A DNA stretch of 63,951 nt, counting the filler, from Craspedostauros australis (lineage: Eukaryota), in NCBI GenBank assembly GCA_030167865.1. It is 12 parts of 12 records of this genome, joined end to end, with 100 filler letters (N's around TTAATTAATTAA, not from the genome) between each part and the next. Parts side by side here need not be neighbours in the genome. Positions count along the whole stretch, not along the records: positions 1 to 5,934 come from JALAGF010003932.1; positions 6,035 to 13,433 come from JALAGF010003934.1; 10 more parts are not named here. The stretch is one strand, 5' to 3'. The notes under the pieces were generated by a model that saw nothing but the letters and a program-made list of their open reading frames with translations, made no database searches and was not told the DNA's origin. Below, in pieces: positions 1 through 8,110 of the stretch. Every line of letters begins with the position of its first letter. The first letter of the stretch is position 1. The translations under genes and the position numbers were made by a program.

Positions 1-2783
1 GATATGAGGTACCAGTGACTTTTAGCTGGCTCAATGGCTCCGCCGGTGGCTTTGAGCAGACCGTTCCACGTCTCGGCCACCTCCTGAGCTTCTGCCACCA
101 TCTGTTGCTCGTCCGCAGTGCGAAATGTGTGAATAAGATCCGTGTCGTCCACGAAGGTGAAACACACGAACTCCACCTCTTCCCCGGTCATGCATCCTTT
201 GTGCTGGAATCCGTGACCTCGCCGGCGCATCACTTCGATGATTGGTGTGCTCACCACTACCCAGCATGCTGGCGCCGCCCCGTGGCCTTGTGTCACCCCT
301 TGGAATGGGGCCCTCCGGTTTCCGCGATAGCTAGCCTTGGATGGTCCCAGTATGGTTTGGATTCTATGCTTCATGTCTTCTACGTTCCGGATCATTGCCT
401 TTGTCTGCGTCCATGGGACCCCCATTGCCTGCATGCTTGCGGCCAGAATGGGATGAGCAATCCTGTCGTAGCAGCCTTTGGCGTCGTTTGCACAGATGAT
501 GCCTGGAGCCGCATGGATTCGCATGACGTCGTTGGAGAGCCGGTTGTTGATGCTAACTTCTTGGGATCGGTGGCGTTTCCTGCTCCCGTACTGCTCTGGA
601 GCAATCATTCCGTGTGCCTCGGCATGCCTCATGACTCGCGCCCCCAGAAGCTTGTTGTTCATGTTCATATCCGCCTCAAGCAGACTGATCGTCCTGAATT
701 TGTCCACGTTGATGTTGCCTGCCTGTTTCGCTAGCTGCACGTCGGTACATTGCATCCATCTCTTCAGGTTGTACCCTGTCCGAAGTGAGATGCTGCGCAT
801 GGAGGCATCAATTTGTCTGAGGTCGGGCTCCATGCTTTGTGCCTTCCACAATCCGAAGTGTAGACCTGATGGACCTGAAGTCGTTCGCTCACGCGCTTTC
901 TTCCATCCTGCTTGGTGTTCGTCGCTGGTCACTCTTCGCTGTTGCCCTTCCCACACCGGACCTCGGCTCTGTTCGATGCACTGTAGGAGCCAGTTTGTAT
1001 ACTCGTCTGGTCCTCTAGCCGTGTGCGTGAGGTGGTGAAGCCATTCATCCTGTCCTGTCCACAGGCTCCTTGGCAGGTTGTACTGAAATATTGGCGCTGA
1101 CAGTGCCTTCTGGTATTTTTTGCCGTTCTCCTCGCAGAAGCAGCGTGCCATCTGCTCAGGTTCCGTCCACGTCTTATGCCCAAGGCCTTGGATCTCTCCA
1201 GTCACCATGCCGACGCCGGCCCCTTTGGACTTCCCTGTGGCCCATTGAATCTTCCTCCATGCTTCTTTTGTTTCTTCTCTGGCTTGAATTTGCTGGCGGT
1301 GCTTGCTCTCCACTACCTTTCCGGACGCTGTTGTCTGCTGGACTTCTTCTTCCATAAAGCTCCTCCTGTAAGTGATGGCGTTGCGTTTCACCTCCTTCCA
1401 CGCCTCCCATGCCGCGTTTCTTTTCTTCTCAAGCTCTTGGAGCGTCATGTACCTGGTGTTGACTTCCAGCCGGGCTTTCTTCTTGAGCCTGTCCATGTGC
1501 CGGGACTTCACGACTTTCCCCTTTCTTCGCTTGACCGCCGCGTCCCAGAATAGTTTCGTTTTCTTCGCCTTGTCCACTGTAGGACTGAATGGCACTCTTC
1601 CCATCTTCACCTTCCGGCAGTTGCGCTCGGCTTTCACCATGATCGCCGTTCTGGCCTTGTCAATGGCTTCTAGCTCCGTCTGCTGCCACTCCTCCATCCT
1701 GTCCCCTATCGTTGCTTCCAGCGCCTGGACCCTCTCCGGAATACTCTGTTCTCTCATCTGCTTGCGGACGTCGTTGTTGTATTTTTCCACTGACTTCTTC
1801 AGACTCAGCCGTAGCCTGCGCCCTGTGAATTTGACATCCCGCTGTTTCTTTCGCCCGAATACTCTCTCCTCTCTGACATCTGTCCACACTGTCCTGTGAT
1901 CCCACTCGTGAAAGCCTGTCATTCCTGCCCGTTCCGTGAGAAGCGCATCCGTGCCCCATATTCCATCGATGGCTCTGCCTGTTCGACCTGACTGGTGTGT
2001 GTCTACCGGCTCGTCGCGTCTGCTTGACAGGACTAGTTCCTTGAATCCTTCTTCCTCCATCATTTTGGAGAACTCCGACCTCGTTACGTTCATGTTGATG
2101 TCTCCCCCTACCACTATCTCTTCTCCTTGTCTTCTCCACTCGATGATCTGGGTGCGCAGGTCAGCGAGCAGCCTTTGAATTGGGTTCTGGCTCGCGTTGG
2201 CGCCTGTCTCTTGGAGGGCCGTGAGCTGCTGCATATACACCGATCTGGGGCCATTGTTGCTTCGGACCGGTACATAGACGCTGACGATCCTCACTTTGAC
2301 TCCGTCTTTTCCTTGCAGGAGCATGCTAGCCCACCTGCCCAGCCTGTCGTTGGTTTTGCTGAGAACTCTGCTTGCTGTGTGCCCCATCACCACCACCGCC
2401 GTCCCTCCCCACTGTGTTACTCCGCCTGCCGTCTCTGTCTGGTTCCATGCTCTGGCATCCTTCGCTTTACTGAAGTGATGCCTTATGCGCTCCTCCCAAC
2501 TGTCCCTCGCTCCTGTCTTACTCCAGTTAATTCCAACCTCTGTCAATAGGCATATGTCAATCTTGGTCTGTTTGATCCACTGCCATAATTCTTGTTGTTT
2601 GTGTGACGTCGGGTCTCTTGGTAGTCGTCCCACATTGAGCGTTGCTATTCGTATGGTGTCTTTGCCTTTCCTCCTTTCATCCTCCCCCCACCTTTGACTT
2701 GCTCGTTGTACATCCGTTCCAACAGCCGTCCTCATTCCTTGCCGTTTGGTTCGCGTCAGGTTTGGCTCACCTAGCGCTACCAT
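1..2783 (-). CDS. LINE ORF2 (APE endonuclease + reverse transcriptase), 3'-partial, Ambal-like non-LTR retrotransposon
   Basis: Manual translation from ATG at 2783 (MVALGEPN...). APE motifs: RIATLNVG, CLLTEVGINW, VVGGDIN, AIDGIW, DHRTVW. RT motifs: FRTISLLEAD, QYGSRK, NDAKGCYDRI, GVTQGHG, FVDD at 144-155. Both ends are in the same frame and no stop was seen before the window edge, which explains its absence from the ORF track. The Ambal assignment is from recalled similarity to diatom LINEs. Confidence 0.93.
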   Translation of the reverse strand, partial: MVALGEPNLTRTKRQGMRTAVGTDVQRASQRWGEDERRKGKDTIRIATLNVGRLPRDPTSHKQQELWQWIKQTKIDICLLTEVGINWSKTGARDSWEERIRHHFSKAKDARAWNQTETAGGVTQWGGTAVVVMGHTASRVLSKTNDRLGRWASMLLQGKDGVKVRIVSVYVPVRSNNGPRSVYMQQLTALQETGANASQNPIQRLLADLRTQIIEWRRQGEEIVVGGDINMNVTRSEFSKMMEEEGFKELVLSSRRDEPVDTHQSGRTGRAIDGIWGTDALLTERAGMTGFHEWDHRTVWTDVREERVFGRKKQRDVKFTGRRLRLSLKKSVEKYNNDVRKQMREQSIPERVQALEATIGDRMEEWQQTELEAIDKARTAIMVKAERNCRKVKMGRVPFSPTVDKAKKTKLFWDAAVKRRKGKVVKSRHMDRLKKKARLEVNTRYMTLQELEKKRNAAWEAWKEVKRNAITYRRSFMEEEVQQTTASGKVVESKHRQQIQAREETKEAWRKIQWATGKSKGAGVGMVTGEIQGLGHKTWTEPEQMARCFCEENGKKYQKALSAPIFQYNLPRSLWTGQDEWLHHLTHTARGPDEYTNWLLQCIEQSRGPVWEGQQRRVTSDEHQAGWKKARERTTSGPSGLHFGLWKAQSMEPDLRQIDASMRSISLRTGYNLKRWMQCTDVQLAKQAGNINVDKFRTISLLEADMNMNNKLLGARVMRHAEAHGMIAPEQYGSRKRHRSQEVSINNRLSNDVMRIHAAPGIICANDAKGCYDRIAHPILAASMQAMGVPWTQTKAMIRNVEDMKHRIQTILGPSKASYRGNRRAPFQGVTQGHGAAPACWVVVSTPIIEVMRRRGHGFQHKGCMTGEEVEFVCFTFVDDTDLIHTFRTADEQQMVAEAQEVAETWNGLLKATGGAIEPAKSHWYLI

Positions 2784-2791
2784 ACCGCTTA

Positions 2792-5383
2792 TCATTCTTG
2801 CATACTGTCATCCTCTTTCCCCCCTGGCTCCTTGGCTCTCTTTCTGCTGAGGGCCGCTTGGATCTTCTCAATGCGTTTCATGAGAGCTTCCTCGGACTGG
2901 TTTTCAAGCGTGTTGGTTGCTACGCTGTCAAACGCCGACAGTTCTGAAATGCCAGTGTTGACCGACATTTCCGACCCGGCCGATTCGCTGGCCTCAGAGC
3001 ATGCGTCGTCAGTCTTCCTCCGCTTCATGGCCGACTTGATGGGCTGATCCAGTGCTGTACCCTTACGGCTCGTTCTGTTGGTGAAAGAGAAGGCACTCTT
3101 GTCGTCCAATGCGATTGGCCTGTACGACGTGCTGTCCACCATGTCGAGCCCTTCGAGGACCACGTCGGGGAATTCGTCTGCCACCATCAGCATGGACTCG
3201 ACTTGCGGGACTTTGTATTTCCCCGATGTCTCGTCGTATTCCACCTGGACTGCCTCAGCTTGTTCCGCCAGAGTGAACCACCTTGCAGTGGATTGCCCGA
3301 TCTCCCGTCTGCATCTCGCAGCCAGCGTGTTGACAATCACTTCTGCGTGCTGTTGATGCTCCGGAAACACGTATGCGTACGCTACGTCGGTCTCTCCGTT
3401 CCACGGAACCTCCTGTTTGTCCACATGAATGAATACCGGCTTCTTCGTGGTTGGGTGGACTTGGTTTGCTAGGTATGTCCTCAGCGTCTTCCTTGGGTTC
3501 TCGGTGTCTGGATCATCGAGGTCTTCGACCCCTCTGATACGTACCTCCCTCACCATGTCCAGCACTGCCTCATGTTTCCCTTTCATCCTTTTGGTTGCGA
3601 GTACACCGTCTGGCCCTAGCGTCATCGCCATTGGATTGGGTATGAAACGGTTCCTGAGCCCTCCTGGACCGATCTTGAGCATGTCGTTGAACATCACGCA
3701 CAGTGCCTTGGTGATCCTCACGTGGAATCGGATGTCGGCTTCCAGTCTGAGCGCTTGCCATGGCTGCACTTTGAAGCTCTTCCCTGCTGCCTTGTGGGCA
3801 TCACGCCGTTCTTGACTCACAAGTCCGTCCGCTCTGATCCTTCCGCCCACTTCGCCTTCCACCCCATCTGCTTTCAACCTTTTGTTGATGATAGCGCATA
3901 TGGCTGATGCGTTGGCAAAGTTGCTGGTGTAGGTCAGCATTCCCACCTGCTTGGTGTACTCAGCCTCGTCTAGCGGGCGCTTGTAGAGCGTCTGTCCCGT
4001 TGACTGGTAGTAGAAGTTCAGGTGAGAGCCCATCTTGGACACGATGTCTTGTGGATCACATGTCATGGCAATGCGTACCTGTGCTGTCACTGTCCTTCCG
4101 TTCGCTGTCGTCCGCATTTGGCTAGTGTACACCATCAGATCCTTCTCCTTCTTCGGGAATTGCTTCTCGTTGCTGATCACCTCTTTGGTATCTTTCTCCA
4201 TCCACGCCATGAGAAAGATGGTGCTGTCGTGTTCCTTCAAAGCTTTGAGCCATTTCCGGAGCGCTTTCAGATACTTCTTGATCGGGTTTGCTCCTTTCTT
4301 GACTGGTACTGTCAGATCGAATCGTTTGGCCACCATTCCTTCTTTGACCTTGTGCGTCGTCGTGCTCTCCACTGTGCTTGTGTCGCTCTCGCTGTCTTCT
4401 ACTTCCGATTCCTCACTGCTGGATTCCTCATCATCGTCGCTTGTCTCCTCGTCCTGATCGTCTTCACTCTCGCTGCTTGTGTTGTGTTGCAGTGCCTTCG
4501 CAAGTCTTTCTGCTTCTTTCTGCCGTGCGTCCTTGTTGTCGATTGAGAATTTGATCTTTCTCTGCTTGAGTTTTTTCTTGCCCGAGTTCGCTTTCGTTGG
4601 AGTTTTACTAGTCATGTCCTCTCCTGCTGTCACCTGTGCCGTCTCCGCGTCCCCCATGATTACATCCGCGCCTTGCGGCATCAACATGATGTCTGGGTAC
4701 CTGGACCCCAGTGCATTCACCGATGCCCTCCATGCGATTGTGATCTCTGTCTTGCGCAGAAGTCCTCCGGAGTCCGGGATTCTCATGTCCTTGAGTACGA
4801 TGTTCGGGTCCGTCATGCTGAGGTCGGCCGCCAGTTGCTTGATCTTCTGTCTTCGCTCGTCCGCCTTGGGTACCTGTGCGATTCCGAATTTTTCTTTTCG
4901 GCCATCGACCACCATGCTGATGAATGCTTGGATCTCTTGGACTGGTACCACCTTGCCTGTTGGTGCCGGTGCCTTGCCTGTCCATTGCAATCGTTGTGCC
5001 ATCATGCCCTTCACTAGGTTGTGGATGGATCTTCCCTCTTCTGCGAGCACTTCATTGTACGCGAACGACCTTGCTGCCTTGCGGATCTCGCCTGGAAGCA
5101 ATTTCCACGTGCTGGTGGTCGTCTTTCTGGATGTCGCCACTCCTTCTTCGTTTTCTCCTTCCACAAGGGTCGGCATCTTGCCCGGTTTCTTGCCACCTGC
5201 ACTCGTCGATGTTGTCTTTGCTGTCCTTGCTGGAGTCTCCTTGTTTCCGCCTATGCCGTCGGCAGTCTTCCTTTGGTTTATGATCATCCTGCTCTGTTTC
5301 GTCTCTGCTGTTTCGGGTGCCGCCGGATCTTTTCTACGGTTGACACCTGTAGGCTTGACTACTGAGTCGGTGTTCTGGTTCAT
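2792..5383 (-). CDS. LINE ORF1 protein (863 aa)
   Basis: Long intronless ORF whose stop lies 8 nt before the ORF2 ATG, on the same strand. Basic/acidic low-complexity N-terminal half and a coiled-coil-like C-terminus. Confidence 0.85.
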   Translation of the reverse strand: MNQNTDSVVKPTGVNRRKDPAAPETAETKQSRMIINQRKTADGIGGNKETPARTAKTTSTSAGGKKPGKMPTLVEGENEEGVATSRKTTTSTWKLLPGEIRKAARSFAYNEVLAEEGRSIHNLVKGMMAQRLQWTGKAPAPTGKVVPVQEIQAFISMVVDGRKEKFGIAQVPKADERRQKIKQLAADLSMTDPNIVLKDMRIPDSGGLLRKTEITIAWRASVNALGSRYPDIMLMPQGADVIMGDAETAQVTAGEDMTSKTPTKANSGKKKLKQRKIKFSIDNKDARQKEAERLAKALQHNTSSESEDDQDEETSDDDEESSSEESEVEDSESDTSTVESTTTHKVKEGMVAKRFDLTVPVKKGANPIKKYLKALRKWLKALKEHDSTIFLMAWMEKDTKEVISNEKQFPKKEKDLMVYTSQMRTTANGRTVTAQVRIAMTCDPQDIVSKMGSHLNFYYQSTGQTLYKRPLDEAEYTKQVGMLTYTSNFANASAICAIINKRLKADGVEGEVGGRIRADGLVSQERRDAHKAAGKSFKVQPWQALRLEADIRFHVRITKALCVMFNDMLKIGPGGLRNRFIPNPMAMTLGPDGVLATKRMKGKHEAVLDMVREVRIRGVEDLDDPDTENPRKTLRTYLANQVHPTTKKPVFIHVDKQEVPWNGETDVAYAYVFPEHQQHAEVIVNTLAARCRREIGQSTARWFTLAEQAEAVQVEYDETSGKYKVPQVESMLMVADEFPDVVLEGLDMVDSTSYRPIALDDKSAFSFTNRTSRKGTALDQPIKSAMKRRKTDDACSEASESAGSEMSVNTGISELSAFDSVATNTLENQSEEALMKRIEKIQAALSRKRAKEPGGKEDDSMQE

Positions 5384-5934
5384 GTTTTGTACTATCTTTA
5401 CGTGTTTCTACTGGTTTGTGTTCCCTGGTCCTCGTTTTTATGGACTAACTGGAATAGAAATCCTGTCTGCTGTGTTCGTGGCGCACGCCGATGTGGAACA
5501 GAGAAAGTGCAACAGCACGTGCTGTCTTCTCATGTCTGGGGCCTCCACCAACCAATCAGAGTACGTACGTGTTCTCCACAGAAGATCGCAGCAAAGCGGC
5601 CACATTGCAGGGGTTCACTAAAACGGGAGCAGTTCAGGCCCATAGAATGAATTCTGATGCTTGCAAGCTGGTAAGTGCTGCAAAGGAGAGACCTCAAGAC
5701 ACACAGAAGACGATCCTATCTAGCGTTAGTGGCTGTTGTTGTTGTNNNNNNNNNNNNNNNNNNNNNNNNNNNNNNNTGTGTGTTCTCTCCTGCTCTGACA
5801 GGATTCTGTTGCTGACACATGCTCACGTACGAAACTGCTACACCGTTGGCGCGTAGGAGTCATTGCACAAGACCAGATGACCGCAACGGTCGACTGACAG
5901 ACGGTACGACCCGTATGATCCCAAAACTCGTTCT

Positions 5935-6034
5935 NNNNNNNNNNNNNNNNNNNNNNNNNNNNNNNNNNNNNNNNNNNNTTAATTAATTAANNNNNNNNNN
6001 NNNNNNNNNNNNNNNNNNNNNNNNNNNNNNNNNN
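5935..6034. other. Artificial scaffold linker (N44-TTAATTAATTAA-N44); first of 11
   Basis: The same 100-nt linker occurs at 13434-13533, 18259-18358, 20083-20182, 24234-24333, 28945-29044, 51152-51251, 53003-53102, 58053-58152, 60533-60632 and 62201-62300. The core gives stops in all six frames. Confidence 0.98.
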
Positions 6035-7206
6035 TAGAACGCATGCGCATCATCGACATGGCACACAACTGGGCAGCCGGCACACTCACCACATACAGCA
6101 GCAAGATTCAAGTGTTGCGCAAGTTCGGTCTGCAATATGGCATCCCGACTATGCAACCGCCCGACATCCAATCGCCACCCTGCTCCGACACGATCCCGAT
6201 CATGTGGGTGCAGGAGCACTACGCCACGCAGACGCCCTCTTGCAAGAACGCACTCGACGCCCAGGCCATCAAGTTCAGCACCGTACGTGGGCTACGCAGC
6301 GCGGCATCGGCCTTTGGCATGTGGAATATGTGCATCGCGCATCCCGAACGCGCCATGCTCGACGCCAAGCAGCGACCCATCACCGTCGACACATGCCTCC
6401 CGACGGACCATCTCGGGTATTCGATGCTGACACAGGGCATGCGCACGCGACTCGGCGAAGACTCACGACCTTCGGTCGCCTTGCTCTCTCGTCACGTCCA
6501 CTTCATGGACCGAAGCTTCCTCCACCAATACCAACATGCAGTCACACCACAACAGCGGCGGACAGCAGCAATGGCGGGCGTCATCAACCTCATGGGCTGG
6601 CTGGGATGGCTACGGGCGGCGGAAACCTTCGGTATCTCGTGGTCGGATGTCACCATTCTCGACCCACGAGACGCCAGCAACAACGACCTCCCACCAAACA
6701 CGGGCGCAGTACTGCTACGCCTGGCCATGCAGACGAAGTCCGATCGCAGTCGGCAAGCCGACGTCGTCATCGCCTTCCGCACCTCGTCAGGTCTCAGTCT
6801 CGGCGACTGGATGCTTCGCGCGCGAGCGGAGCGGGATCGCCACGTCCCAACGGACCTCGTGGCGCACCATCCCTCGGGGCAACCGTGGACGTCGCAATTC
6901 TACCGCACGACGTTCGTGTATCCATCCTTGCTGGAGCAACAACAGCGTGGCGACACCTTTCTACGGTCGGCCATCGGCGCGCTACAAGTGCCCATTCCCA
7001 CACGGTTCTACTCTTTTCACATGTATCGGCGAGGGGGACGCACCCACGTTTCCCGGAAGCGACCGGGATGTATGCGAGCGGCCACCAAACTCGAGGTCTC
7101 CGAACACGGGCGCTGGCGACGACAGCGCGCTAACGAGGATATGCCTACGGCGTATCTGCAGTGGCCACTCGCGGACCGGTTGCGGATCACCGCGCTTTGC
7201 ATGTGA
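6035..7206 (+). CDS. Tyrosine recombinase of a DIRS/Ngaro-type YR element, probably 5'-partial
   Basis: Catalytic R-K-H-R-W-Y pattern: GWLRAAE, QTKSDR, FHMYRRGGRTH, EHGRW, PTAY. The frame is open from the scaffold start and has no introns. Confidence 0.88.
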
Positions 7207-7433
7207 TTGTCGGCAGCTCACTTTTTCTCGTTGTTCCTCTTTTTCTTCCACTTCTTTCTCTTTTGGGGGGGGGGAGCCCTCTTTTTCCGCCACCTGTGAC
7301 GAAAAAAACAGGGGGCACCGAGAGGAAGATACTCTCCCTCTGCCAGGGGGGATTCCAGCGCTCTCCCTCCAACCAAGGATCGAATCAGTCAACACCAACG
7401 CAAACAGCCGAGGCAGAGACCAGAGACGAACTT

Positions 7434-7531
7434 GGCCAGGAGGGATCGAGCCGGATGATCCAAGGCAAGCTTGGAGGTGATAGTAGCCCTACCACCCAAC
7501 GCAGACAAGCTATGTGTCTATTGGATTAGCC
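7434..7531 (-). ncRNA. Second cloverleaf-like structure (degenerate tRNA-like)
   Basis: Closing stem GGCTA/TGGCC with arms AGACA/TGTCT, GGTGGTA-GGGCTAC-TATCACC and TCCAAG/CTTGGA, plus a T-loop-like GG-CTCGATC-CC. Confidence 0.35.
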
Positions 7532-7593
7532 GGTTTAGTGACGATGCAGATGTGATTCCACTCCCTTTCCTGATTGTCAAATCGTCACTTGTT

Positions 7594-7678
7594 CGTGCCA
7601 GGGAGGAATCGAACCCGCACCCTCCCGAGGAGGACAAAAGTAAATCCAGTACTTCACGCGTCCCAGCGCTCCTGACAC
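7594..7678 (-). ncRNA. tRNA-Ser(GGA)-like cloverleaf (non-canonical tRNA mimic or pseudo-tRNA), 85 nt
   Basis: Minus strand reads GTGTCAG GA GCG CTGGGA CGC GT GAAGTA CTGGATT TACTTT TGT CCTCC TCG GGAGG GT GCGGG TTCGATT CCTCC CTGGCAC G. It has a 7-bp acceptor stem, 3-bp D stem, anticodon arm with a 7-nt loop, long variable arm, GGTTCGATTCC B-box and G discriminator. Confidence 0.6.
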
Positions 7679-7694
7679 GTTCGGTACAAGTGAG

Positions 7695-7745
7695 ATATAT
7701 ATACCCAACAGCAACAGTTGTCACTGATGATGCACCATTCACTTG
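7695..7745. promoter_or_regulatory. TATA-like ATATATATA with downstream TCACT initiator-like motifs
   Basis: ATATATATA at 7695-7703 and TCACT at 7721 and 7739 on the + strand. The same TATA tract lies 17-25 nt upstream of the minus-strand cloverleaf. Confidence 0.3.
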
Positions 7746-8110
7746 AAGGAGCTCCGCGCTTCGAACTCACTCCAGTATTGTAGAACACATATATCAAGCT
7801 TGGGGACATTGGGTAGGGAAGAAGAGCGCGACGGGGCAGGAGCAGTGGTGGTGGCGGCCCTTCATGGAACCCCATAGAGTTGAGTACTCGTATTCCAAGA
7901 GCAACTACTCTGCTCTGCTCGTCACGCCGAATTGGACTCACTGATGTAAAGGGTGCAGCTCGTGGAGCACCCAATTTGTACCACCATAATGCATATTATA
8001 TGAAGCAAAGACCAAAATACCATAACAAACTCTCCAAGGAACGCACTGCACAGGCTAAACACGATGGTTGTTGCTCCGGATCACCACTGCCATCACCACC
8101 AGTGTGTAAA

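Larger units (their letters stand above)
1..5745 (-). mobile_element. Non-LTR retrotransposon (LINE, Ambal-like), 5' portion
   Basis: 5'UTR-ORF1-ORF2(APE-RT) organisation. The 5' boundary is uncertain (N gap at 5746-5776) and the 3' part lies outside the window. Confidence 0.85.
6035..7975 (+). mobile_element. 3' end of a tyrosine-recombinase mobile element (YR ORF plus structured terminal region)
   Basis: YR ORF followed by ~770 nt of hairpin-rich non-coding DNA. The RT/gag part would lie beyond the scaffold break, so a Crypton cannot be excluded. The right boundary is estimated. Confidence 0.6.

Noticed and set aside
15..5621. Many plus-strand ORFs over the LINE (e.g. 15-734, 4479-5621)
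   Set aside because: They are antisense shadows of ORF1/ORF2 with no recognisable motifs.
6204..7480. Overlapping 309-aa and 314-aa ORFs in the YR region
   Set aside because: These are Arg/Pro-rich alternative-frame products of GC-rich coding DNA. No RT, RNase H or methyltransferase motifs were seen.
7594..7678. tRNA-Sec or functional housekeeping tRNA-Ser
   Set aside because: The anticodon is GGA rather than TCA and the D arm is too short. G8, U37 and the T-stem mismatch argue against a standard tRNA, so it is kept only as tRNA-like.
7724..7770. Hammerhead core in the YR tail
   Set aside because: CTGATGA is present, but there is no correctly placed GAAA or helix III.
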